From the NCBI GenBank assembly GCA_001661245.1, contig KV454018.1:62001-120238 (forward strand): DNA of 58,238 bases. Direction: 5' to 3'. Shown piece after piece: positions 9,903 through 19,336 of the stretch (positions are counted from its first letter, which is position 1; every line of letters begins with the position of its first letter). The notes below the pieces were generated by a model. That model saw only the letters and a program-made list of their open reading frames with translations, made no database searches and was not told where the DNA came from. This stretch comes from Pachysolen tannophilus NRRL Y-2460 (taxonomy: Eukaryota). Position numbers and translations under genes: made by a program.

Positions 9903-12554
9903 TCAATCATTCCGTTTGAAAAACTTACCAAAGTTCTTAAAGTTATCATTAAATTTCATATTATCGATGGTTTTGGCGAGATTTTTCTCAACCAGATCTT
10001 TTCTTGTAATCAAATTCTTAATAGGTTCGCCCCCATTTTGCCCATTGGCCGTTGTGCTATTTGAATTATTTGATGTATTATTATTATTATTGTTATTACT
10101 ATTATTATTGGATGGAGTGTTACCGAAAGGAATGGATATACTTGGGAATCCCTTAAGAGCCGGCGAGTTCGGAGAAGCAACAGAGTTTGTAGAAGTTTTT
10201 GAATTTATCAACCACGGAGGATAATTATCATAGTTATAGTCTATTTGGTCAACATTCAAATTTTCTAAAAATTTTAAACTTCCAACTAGAGATTTATTAC
10301 CATTACCTGTAGAGATATTATTATCATCTGCATCAATCAAGTTATCCTCGTACTTTGTTAACTTTTCTTCAAAAGTTTTAGAATATTTTGATAATTCAAC
10401 TCTGTTGAAATTTATATTTTGAGCTGATGTTGGTAGAATGCCTTTAATTTTCAATATCTTGATAAAATTATTAAAATTTCTATCACCAATTATGAAAAAA
10501 TAATTCATTACAAAATTATCAATGGGTTTAAACTGGATCAACAATAACTTTAAAATATTTTCTATATTCCCCAAAGATTGATTGATAAACCTTATATATG
10601 CTTTTGAAGATAATTCTTCTTGTTGCTTATACAATTCTGGTAAATTGATTAAATTTTTTTTCAAAACTTGTATATCAAGTAAAAACTGTTCTGACATTAC
10701 TTCATTGATTGGTTTTAATTTGATCATATTAATTAAAAATGAATAACTAATAAGTTCAACTAGTTTATTCATAAAATTTTTAGTATATATAACTCTATTG
10801 ATTTTTTCAAATATTACAATACAATTTGAATTAATAGTTTTACTGATATCAGATGTATAACTAGATGAATCTTCAACACTATTCAAATTTTTCCAATTTA
10901 AATTGATCATTGTTCTCCATTGTAATGATAAATCTTCACTTATTTTGAAAACCAATAAATTTAAACATTCATTTATTAATTGCATAAAAACTTCTTTAAC
11001 TTTTGAAAAATTTTGTTCAACTTTACTAGAGAATTTCTCATTTATTAATGATGTTAATCTTTCTTGTAATTGAGATATTGTTAATGAACAATAATCTGCA
11101 GTATTTAAAACTAAACAAGCATAAGTTAAAACTTGTTGATTTTCTTCTTCATTATTATTTTTTATTGTTTTAAAATCTGGTATTATTGGTTTTAAAATCA
11201 AATCATGATATTTGTTCAAATATTTAACAAATATTGCAGATAATTTTAATAATGGTTCTCCTGTAGATAATTTTGACAATTGTGATAATAATGATCTATA
11301 AATTCTAAATAAATCAGCAGATGAAGTTAAAATGTTTAAAGAATTTTCATCTTGTTCATGATGTTCATCTGAACCATCATTATTTTCTAATAACTTTGAA
11401 GGGTTTAAAAATTCTAAAAATTTATCATTAATTATCTTTTCTTGATGATCCAACCAAACATTTAAATATGGTTCAAATACAGAAGAAATTTGTTTATCAA
11501 AATTTATTTCCTTTTTTTCTTGATTTATATTTTTATTAACAAGTATATTTTTAAATTTAAATTTCATATTTAAAAAATTTTCAAATTCTAAAGTTTCTGA
11601 TAATGAATTTAATAATAAATTAACATTAATATTTTTTGATTCTTTTTGTAAAACTTCTTTTAAATCTTGTTTTGTAAAATAACAAAATCTATCACTTAAT
11701 TGATATAAAATATTCCATTCTGATGGAAATTTTGATGAATATCTTAATTCAACATTTTTGAAAACTCTTCTGAAAAAAATATATCTTCTACTTAAATTTT
11801 CTAAAGAACCAGCTTCTTCTGTACTTTTAAAAATTGATTGAATTTCTTTTAATTGATTATTTATAAACCAATTTAATAATTTATCATGATAAGAATTTCC
11901 TAATAAATCCAATATTTTACAAGCATTTAATAATTCCATATTTGAACGAGATTGATTTAATTCTTTATCAAAATCATTAAAAATTTCATCAACTATCTTT
12001 GTTTTTAAACTATTAACTTTTTTATTTAAATTATTAATATCATCAATACTTTTATAACTTTGAAAATGATCCATAAATTCTAATACAACACTTAATAATT
12101 GATAAATTTCATAATAATCTTTATTATTGGAATTATAAATAATATGTTCAACATTATTATATGAAGTTATTAACATTTGTAATCTTTTCAAAATTGTCAT
12201 TGATAAAGTTACATTTTTTTTACAATTATCCAATTTTTTAATATTATGTGTCATAGAATTTATAGTCCTTTCAGTTGTCTTTGCCAATTTTTTAGTATTT
12301 TCCATATCAATTATTAAATCATTTAAATCAATTTCAATCAGTGAAAGTGTACTATTAGCATTCACAGAATCTTCATTATATTTACTCCTCCGAGTATCAA
12401 TCTCTAAATCCAATTTTTGCTTATAAGTATTTGTGAAAAAAATCAAATCATCCAATTCCAATAACGCTGATGGCGATCGAAATAATTCATCTAAATGAGC
12501 AATAGGAGAATATTCAACTGACTCCAAGTCAGTATCTTTATCTCCCATTGTCAT
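9903..12554 (-). CDS. VPS53: GARP complex subunit Vps53
   Basis: 883 aa; Vps53_N motifs IKKLDNCKKNVTLSMTILKRLQML, EEAGSLENLSRRY, ISSVFEPYL, LNTADYC, EQFLLD. Confidence 0.95.
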   Translation of the reverse strand: MTMGDKDTDLESVEYSPIAHLDELFRSPSALLELDDLIFFTNTYKQKLDLEIDTRRSKYNEDSVNANSTLSLIEIDLNDLIIDMENTKKLAKTTERTINSMTHNIKKLDNCKKNVTLSMTILKRLQMLITSYNNVEHIIYNSNNKDYYEIYQLLSVVLEFMDHFQSYKSIDDINNLNKKVNSLKTKIVDEIFNDFDKELNQSRSNMELLNACKILDLLGNSYHDKLLNWFINNQLKEIQSIFKSTEEAGSLENLSRRYIFFRRVFKNVELRYSSKFPSEWNILYQLSDRFCYFTKQDLKEVLQKESKNINVNLLLNSLSETLEFENFLNMKFKFKNILVNKNINQEKKEINFDKQISSVFEPYLNVWLDHQEKIINDKFLEFLNPSKLLENNDGSDEHHEQDENSLNILTSSADLFRIYRSLLSQLSKLSTGEPLLKLSAIFVKYLNKYHDLILKPIIPDFKTIKNNNEEENQQVLTYACLVLNTADYCSLTISQLQERLTSLINEKFSSKVEQNFSKVKEVFMQLINECLNLLVFKISEDLSLQWRTMINLNWKNLNSVEDSSSYTSDISKTINSNCIVIFEKINRVIYTKNFMNKLVELISYSFLINMIKLKPINEVMSEQFLLDIQVLKKNLINLPELYKQQEELSSKAYIRFINQSLGNIENILKLLLIQFKPIDNFVMNYFFIIGDRNFNNFIKILKIKGILPTSAQNINFNRVELSKYSKTFEEKLTKYEDNLIDADDNNISTGNGNKSLVGSLKFLENLNVDQIDYNYDNYPPWLINSKTSTNSVASPNSPALKGFPSISIPFGNTPSNNNSNNNNNNNTSNNSNSTTANGQNGGEPIKNLITRKDLVEKNLAKTIDNMKFNDNFKNFGKFFKRND

Positions 12555-13391
12555 TAAAAATCTCTTGATATAACAACCAACAATGGAAAGAAATAAGAAA
12601 TATATATATATATATATATATATAATATTTTCTTAATGAAGAATGATTATAATACAAACTGATTTCGTTATACACATTTTCTTATTTTTTTAGTAAATTC
12701 TTGGTTTACTCTTATTACCTTACTCAGTCAGTCAATCAAATCAGTTAGTTAATAGAGAGAGAGAAAAAAAAAAAATCTAGCCATATTGGGTAATTACTGT
12801 ATTGGGTATGTATACAGGTAAAATCTCATACAATTCCCAATTTGGAAAATAAATTTTATCTTTCTTTTTTCAGAAAGAAATTAGAAATAGTGCACTCTAA
12901 ACCAAAAACTACTATTTAGGAAGGTGTTTCGAAACGTACGGTTTTTTTTTTCATTTTCTTCATTTTCTCGGATGCGGTAACCGGTTAGAGCGATTGGGCC
13001 CCCATTCTCTCCCACGCTCTCCCACGCTCTCCCACTCTCTCCCACCAATTTACCAATTTACCAAAGAGATCTGTCCGGTTTTCTTTCGCCGATAACCAAA
13101 CAGGCAAAGAGAGAAGATAGACAGGCAGACAAGCCGGCAGACAGACCGGCAGATACTCCAATTGCAACTGCAACTATAATTCCAGAAGTGAAGTATAATA
13201 TACTAGAGAAAATGATATAAATTCAGTAGTTGGCCCTTGGATGAACAATTTGAAATAAAAATTAAAAAAAAGAAAAAAGGATCTCATTATAACTTGGTTC
13301 TTTATCAGTTTTGAAGATTGAAAAATTAAAAAATTGTCAATTTCTATTAGTAGTAGTAAAGATTATAAGTTAGATAAAAAAGAAAGGAAAA

Positions 13392-13787
13392 ATGCCAGAA
13401 AGAATATCTTGGGAACAAATTAATAAAACAGGCAATAGTCTTTTATCACCAGCTTACAAGTCCAATGGACACGTATTCACTTCAGGTTCGGTTGGAGTTG
13501 ATCCTGTTACTGGTAAGATTCCAGAAGATTTGGAAACACAGGCTGAAATTGCAATTGCAAATTTGAAGCATGTCTTGGAGAAATCTGGAACATCCATTGA
13601 TAAGGTGCTAAAAGTTTTATTATTTATTGGTCATCCTTCTTATGCTGCTACAGTCAATAAAGTCTATGCAAAATACTTTATTAACAAACCAGCAAGATCA
13701 TGTGTTGTTGTTTCATTCCCAAACCCAAACGTTAAAGTTGAGATGGAATGTATTGCTGAGTATGAAGAAATTAAAACTAAATTATAA
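13392..13787 (+). CDS. RidA/YjgF/YER057c/UK114-family enamine/imine deaminase with PTS1-like C-terminus
   Basis: 131 aa; VFTSGSVG, NLKHVLEKSG, VNKVYAKYF, KPARSCV (catalytic Arg), KVEMECIA; ends TKL. Confidence 0.9.
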   Translation: MPERISWEQINKTGNSLLSPAYKSNGHVFTSGSVGVDPVTGKIPEDLETQAEIAIANLKHVLEKSGTSIDKVLKVLLFIGHPSYAATVNKVYAKYFINKPARSCVVVSFPNPNVKVEMECIAEYEEIKTKL

Positions 13788-14140
13788 TAAAATAAAAAAG
13801 AGAAAAAAAAAACCATATTCTATTTTTTTTAGTTTTTACATATGTAGTATTAGTTGACTTGAGTCTTTAAACTCTTATCCAATACAATACTTGACTATTT
13901 TATTTCTATATTTTTGTATTGTAATTTAATTTAATCTCTTTTTATAGTTAAATCTTGACTTTATATAAGAAAAATTAAAAACAGTAAATTTTTTTTTCAT
14001 TTCTTTTTCTTTTGTTTTTTTTGAGTTTATTTTTGACTTGATGCTCAGTAATAAACGGTTTGTCTTTTTTTTTTTTAGGTTTGACTATTTGGATGAGATA
14101 GAGATCGGATTTTCTATTGGGAATAGTCGAGCAATAGCAT

Positions 14141-16957
14141 ATGTCAAAAGCTAGTGGTAATGATGATCATGACGATAAATCTTCAGAAGAAATTACTTTA
14201 CCGAGATTTTTGTTAATGAGACCGTCTTCTTCTTTACTGCTTAATGCAGAATTGAACCAAATCAATAACAACGATAACGAGAACGGTGAAGTTGAAGATG
14301 ACGATGACGATGACGATAATAATAATGACGATTACGACGATAACCATGATGATAATGACAATAATAATGATGAAGAGTCTTTGGAAGCTATAGATGAGAA
14401 TGCTTCTTTAAAAGATGAAGAAGAACCTACTAAGATCAAAATCAATGATGCATCAGAAGATTTTTTCGATGATGAGAGTGCAATGAGTAACCCTGATCAT
14501 TATACTTCTTCAAGTTCAGATAGCATAAACCTCGGTAACTCGGATGGAACAACTAAAGATCTGACAGCAGCTACAGCAGCAGCAGCAGCTGGTGCTGGTA
14601 ATGCTGGTGCTTCTTCTTCTTCTGAAGATACAGCAACTGGTGAAAAACTTGCCAAAATTTCTAGTAACAAATCCCAGTTAAGTCGAGTATCTTCAACAAC
14701 TTTAAAATTAAAGGCTAAATTTAAGAAAACAATGACAAATGGTACAAATTCGATATTGAATCATGGATTTGGATTTAAAAATAATAAAATAAATGTTGGA
14801 AATAGAATTCAAAAAAATCTCAAGTCGATTAATCAGGTAATAGATGAAGAAAAAAATATTGGGAATACAGATTTAGATGATACGAATGCAGATTCAGGTT
14901 CATCAGCTTCTCCTGAATTATCATCAACTCAGGCACAAACAATAGTTAATCAACATCAAAGTCTTACAAAGATGTTGAAAAATAAAGAGAATCCACTGGA
15001 TGAATCGCGTTTTTTATCTCCCAATACAAATACTTTTTTCAATAGTTCTGATGAGGAAAACGACTATGATAGTTGCTTTGATGATCTTGATGCTTCAGCT
15101 AATGACTACATTGCACCACCTAAAAATGTACAAGCAGGTGTTTTATCTTCATTATTGAGATTATATCAAGGTGAAACTCTTTTCCATCATAAATCAGATA
15201 GTAGTTCTATCTTTTCAGAGAAAACAAATAATAGTGATATTCTTTCACCACAGAAATCTAGAGATAGTATTAACGAAAGAAAACCTAGATCAAGATTAAG
15301 AGAACATGCTTCTAGAAGAAGTTCAAGATCGGAATCGAATTTTAGATCAAAATCACCATTATCAGGAATAAAACATCATATAAATAATTCAGAACTGGAT
15401 ATTAGAAATGCTATACGTCTGACTTCACCAATAAATACACACCTTAAGAGACCACCACAACCTACAAGAAATGCTTCTTCTTCTTCATTTGTCAATATTA
15501 TGAATAGTTTAAGAGCAGAATCACCTGCACCATCATTATTTAAGAAAAAATCATCATCTGCTTATTTTGAAAATTTACCAACTTTCCATAAACATAGAAA
15601 ATCTAAAAAACAAAAAATAATTGAAAAATTAGAAGCTAGAGAAGCTAAAATTACTGTTCATATTGCAAATATTTTACAAAGACAAAGATTTATTATTAAA
15701 ATTTGTAAAGCGTTAATGTTATATGGAGCACCAACACATAGATTAGAAGAATATATGATAATGACAGCTAGAGTCTTAGAAATTGATGCACAATTTATGT
15801 ATATTCCTGGTTGTATGCTTATTTCATTTGGAGATGTTGCAACAAGGACATCTGAAATGCAATTAATTAGATGTTCTGAAGGTTTAAATTTAGCTAAATT
15901 ATATGATGTTCATAATATTTATAAAGAAGTTGTTCATGATTTAATAGGTGTTGAAGAAGCAAACAAGAAAATAGATGAATTACTTTCAAGGAAACCATTA
16001 TATAATCGATGGATTTTAGTTTTATTAAATGGTATAGCAAGTGCTTTAGTAACATCTTGGGGTTTTAAAGGAGGATGGAGAGATATGCCTATTTCATTTA
16101 TATTGGGATTAATAGTAAGTTTTTTACAAAATTTTATTGCACCAATGTCAAAAACTTATTCATCAGTTTTTGAAGTTAGTGCTTCAATTATTGTTTCATT
16201 TTTAAGTAGAGCTTTTGGTGCAATTAATGGAGGTAGTACATTTTGTTTTAGTGCAATTGTTCAAAGTTCTTTATCATTAATCTTACCTGGTTATACCATC
16301 TTACTTGGTTCACTTGAATTACAATCTAGAAGTATTGTTTCTGGATCAGTAAGAATGTTTTATGCAATCATTTATTCTTTATTTTTAGGTTTTGGTATAA
16401 CTTTAGGTGGTGCTATGTATGATTGGGTAACAAGAAATGATACAGTTTTAACATCATGTCCCGATAGTATTCAACTTTCCCCATATTTTAGAATGTTATT
16501 TGTACCATTATACTCTCTGAGCCAAGGATTATATTGTCAAGCAAGAATAACACAACTTCCTGTAATGGTACTTATTGCATGTTCAGGTTACGTTGGTTAT
16601 TATTTTGCTGCAAAACATTTTACAAATTCTACAGAATTAAGTTCAGCAATTGGTGCCCTAATAATAGGAGTCATGGGTAACTTATACTCAAGAGTATTCA
16701 AAGGTATGGCCGTAGTTGCAATGTTACCAGGAATATTCTTATTAGTCCCAGGAAGTCTTGGTGTGAAAAGTACAATTGTAGCAGGTGTTAATCTTGCAAA
16801 TAGTCTTGTTAGTGGTACTTCTACAGATAGCACCTCGACTTTGACTTTTGGTATCACAATGGTCGAAATCGCAATAGGTCTCAGCGTAGGATTAATTGCT
16901 GCAACCTTAATCATATACCCTTTGGGGAAAAAGAAAACTGGATTATTCACCTTATAA
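14141..16957 (+). CDS. PRM10: Pheromone-regulated membrane protein 10-like (ThrE/DUF1212 family)
   Basis: Acidic disordered N-terminus, GVLSSLLRLY, ITVHIANILQRQRFI, ALMLYGAPTHRLEEY, then about 10 hydrophobic segments. Confidence 0.88.
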   Translation: MSKASGNDDHDDKSSEEITLPRFLLMRPSSSLLLNAELNQINNNDNENGEVEDDDDDDDNNNDDYDDNHDDNDNNNDEESLEAIDENASLKDEEEPTKIKINDASEDFFDDESAMSNPDHYTSSSSDSINLGNSDGTTKDLTAATAAAAAGAGNAGASSSSEDTATGEKLAKISSNKSQLSRVSSTTLKLKAKFKKTMTNGTNSILNHGFGFKNNKINVGNRIQKNLKSINQVIDEEKNIGNTDLDDTNADSGSSASPELSSTQAQTIVNQHQSLTKMLKNKENPLDESRFLSPNTNTFFNSSDEENDYDSCFDDLDASANDYIAPPKNVQAGVLSSLLRLYQGETLFHHKSDSSSIFSEKTNNSDILSPQKSRDSINERKPRSRLREHASRRSSRSESNFRSKSPLSGIKHHINNSELDIRNAIRLTSPINTHLKRPPQPTRNASSSSFVNIMNSLRAESPAPSLFKKKSSSAYFENLPTFHKHRKSKKQKIIEKLEAREAKITVHIANILQRQRFIIKICKALMLYGAPTHRLEEYMIMTARVLEIDAQFMYIPGCMLISFGDVATRTSEMQLIRCSEGLNLAKLYDVHNIYKEVVHDLIGVEEANKKIDELLSRKPLYNRWILVLLNGIASALVTSWGFKGGWRDMPISFILGLIVSFLQNFIAPMSKTYSSVFEVSASIIVSFLSRAFGAINGGSTFCFSAIVQSSLSLILPGYTILLGSLELQSRSIVSGSVRMFYAIIYSLFLGFGITLGGAMYDWVTRNDTVLTSCPDSIQLSPYFRMLFVPLYSLSQGLYCQARITQLPVMVLIACSGYVGYYFAAKHFTNSTELSSAIGALIIGVMGNLYSRVFKGMAVVAMLPGIFLLVPGSLGVKSTIVAGVNLANSLVSGTSTDSTSTLTFGITMVEIAIGLSVGLIAATLIIYPLGKKKTGLFTL

Positions 16958-17251
16958 ATTTGTACTATATACTATACTATAATAGAGGTATTAAACATTC
17001 TCTTTATAGCTGAAAATTTTTTTGTAAAAAACGGTAGTGTCTTTTGTAACAAATAAATGTTTATGTCCTGAAAATTTTCCAATTGAAAAGAAAGGTTTTT
17101 TTATTTAACCAACGCGTTGAACAAGTCTCCGGTATATAGAAAGAAAGAAAGAACCAAATATATATTAATATATTAATATATTAATATATTCTTTTCAATT
17201 TTAATAAAAATTTTTTATTAAAAAAAAAAGTGATTTTCTATTGGTTTGATC

Positions 17252-19012
17252 ATGTCGCTTAAGTTACCTCAAGCGCCAAATGCTGGGCTTTTTAAAAATG
17301 GGTATCAGACATATTCAAGTAGTGATGGGGCTATTGTTAGAAATATTCAAGCTTGTAAAGAGGTTACATCTATGTGTTTAACAAGTATTGGGCCATGTGG
17401 TCGTAATAAGATTATTGTTAATCATCTTGGTAAAGTTTTCATAACAAATGATGCTGCTACGATGTTGAAGGAATTGGATGTTGTTCATCCTGCTGTTAAG
17501 ATATTATGTATGGCATCAAATCAACAAGAACAAGAAATGGGTGATTTAACTAATTTTGTAATGATTTTAGCTGGAGAATTATTATTACTTAGTGAAAAAT
17601 TAATAAATTTAGGTTTACAACCAATTGAAGTCATTAATGGTTATAATTTAGCAAAAATTTTTACAATTAAAGAATTGGATAATTTAGTAGTTGATGAAGT
17701 TAAAAGTTTAAATGATAAAAATGAATTATTAAAAATTATTAAACCTGTAATTTCTTCAAAACAACATGGTTTAGAAGAATTAATTAGTGAATTAGTAGTT
17801 GATGCTATATTAAGTGTTTTACCTAAAAATAAAAATACAAAAATTACTAATTTTAATGTTGATTCTATAAGAGTTGTTAAAATTATGGGATCTTCTTTAG
17901 AAAATTCATTTATTGTTAAAGGTATGGTTTTCCCAAGAGAACCTGAAGGTCATATTAAAAAAATTAATTCAAAATCAAAAGTAGCAGTATATACTTGTCC
18001 TATTGATATTTCAACAACAGAAACAAAAGGAACTGTACTATTACATAATGCTCAAGAAATGTTGGATTTTAGTACTGGTGAAGAACAACAATTACATCAA
18101 ATGGTAAAAGAAATTCATTCAAGTGGAGTTAGAGTTGTAATTGCTGGTGAAGCCGTTGGTGAATTGGCATTACATTATTTGAACAGATTTAATATCTTAG
18201 TATTAAAAGTCCCATCTAAATTTGATTTAAGAAGAATTTGTAGAGTTTGTGGTGCTACTCCATTACCAAGACTTGGTGCACCAATGCCAGAAGAAGCTGG
18301 TACTATTGATATTGTAGAAACTAAAGAAGTTGGTGGTGATAGAGTTACAATTTTTAAACAAAATGAAGAAGATATTTCTAAAACTGCAACTATTGTCATT
18401 AGAGGTGCAACAAAAAATAATTTGGATGATATCGAAAGAGCAATTGATGATGGTATAAATTCTGTAAAAGGTTTATTAAAAGATCCTAGATTACTTCCAG
18501 GTGCAGGTTCAAGTGAAATAGAATTAGTTGGAAGAATTACAGCATATGGAGAAAAAACTCCAGGTTTGTTACAATTAGCAATTAAAACGTTTGCTAAAAG
18601 TTTTGAAGTTATTCCAAGAACTTTAGCAGAAACATCTGGTTTAGACACTTCAGAAGTCATATCTAGATTATATGCTTCTCACTCAAAACATAAGGACTCA
18701 TCTACTTCTACATCTACGACTACTTCAACCACCGAAAGTGCTGGTAGTGAAATCGATGCATCAGTCTCTGATGTTGATAGAGATGCTCTCACTTATGGTA
18801 TTGACTGTGATAGTGAAAGCGCTGATGGTTTATGTGATGTTGTTGAAAAAGGTATTTTTGATTTGTTATGCTCTAAAAAGAACGCAATTAATTTAGCTTG
18901 TGATGCTGCATGTACTGTTTTAAGTGTTGATCAGATTATCATGGCTAAAAGAGCAGGTGGCCCAGTCATGCCACAGCAACCAAAACCAGGTAACTGGGAT
19001 CAAGATGATTAG
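17252..19012 (+). CDS. CCT8: Chaperonin CCT/TRiC subunit theta
   Basis: ATG at 17252 (MSLKLPQAPNAGLFK); TSIGPCGRNKIIVNHL, TETKGTVLLHNAQEML, VDQIIMAKRAGGP, C-terminal GNWDQDD. Confidence 0.97.
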   Translation: MSLKLPQAPNAGLFKNGYQTYSSSDGAIVRNIQACKEVTSMCLTSIGPCGRNKIIVNHLGKVFITNDAATMLKELDVVHPAVKILCMASNQQEQEMGDLTNFVMILAGELLLLSEKLINLGLQPIEVINGYNLAKIFTIKELDNLVVDEVKSLNDKNELLKIIKPVISSKQHGLEELISELVVDAILSVLPKNKNTKITNFNVDSIRVVKIMGSSLENSFIVKGMVFPREPEGHIKKINSKSKVAVYTCPIDISTTETKGTVLLHNAQEMLDFSTGEEQQLHQMVKEIHSSGVRVVIAGEAVGELALHYLNRFNILVLKVPSKFDLRRICRVCGATPLPRLGAPMPEEAGTIDIVETKEVGGDRVTIFKQNEEDISKTATIVIRGATKNNLDDIERAIDDGINSVKGLLKDPRLLPGAGSSEIELVGRITAYGEKTPGLLQLAIKTFAKSFEVIPRTLAETSGLDTSEVISRLYASHSKHKDSSTSTSTTTSTTESAGSEIDASVSDVDRDALTYGIDCDSESADGLCDVVEKGIFDLLCSKKNAINLACDAACTVLSVDQIIMAKRAGGPVMPQQPKPGNWDQDD

Positions 19013-19336
19013 ATGTGAAGAATTAACCTCAAGGTTCAGACAGGATTTTCCTAATCTTTCTATTTAAATGCTGTTTTCTTTTCTGTTGTTTTGAATTTGT
19101 TCGTATATATATCTATAATTTTTTTTCATTTCTTTTTTTTTTTCTCTAATTTTTATTTCCTGGCCTTTACACATGGGATATCAGTCAGATGTATGGTATA
19201 TAGTTGCAAAAAATATCTATATATATACATTACTTTGAAAATTAAAATAAAAGTGATCTATTAAAATTATTATGAGAAAGAAAAAAAAAATTAATGCAAT
19301 TAGTAATTTCTAGTAAAAATGTTACAGTAATATATT

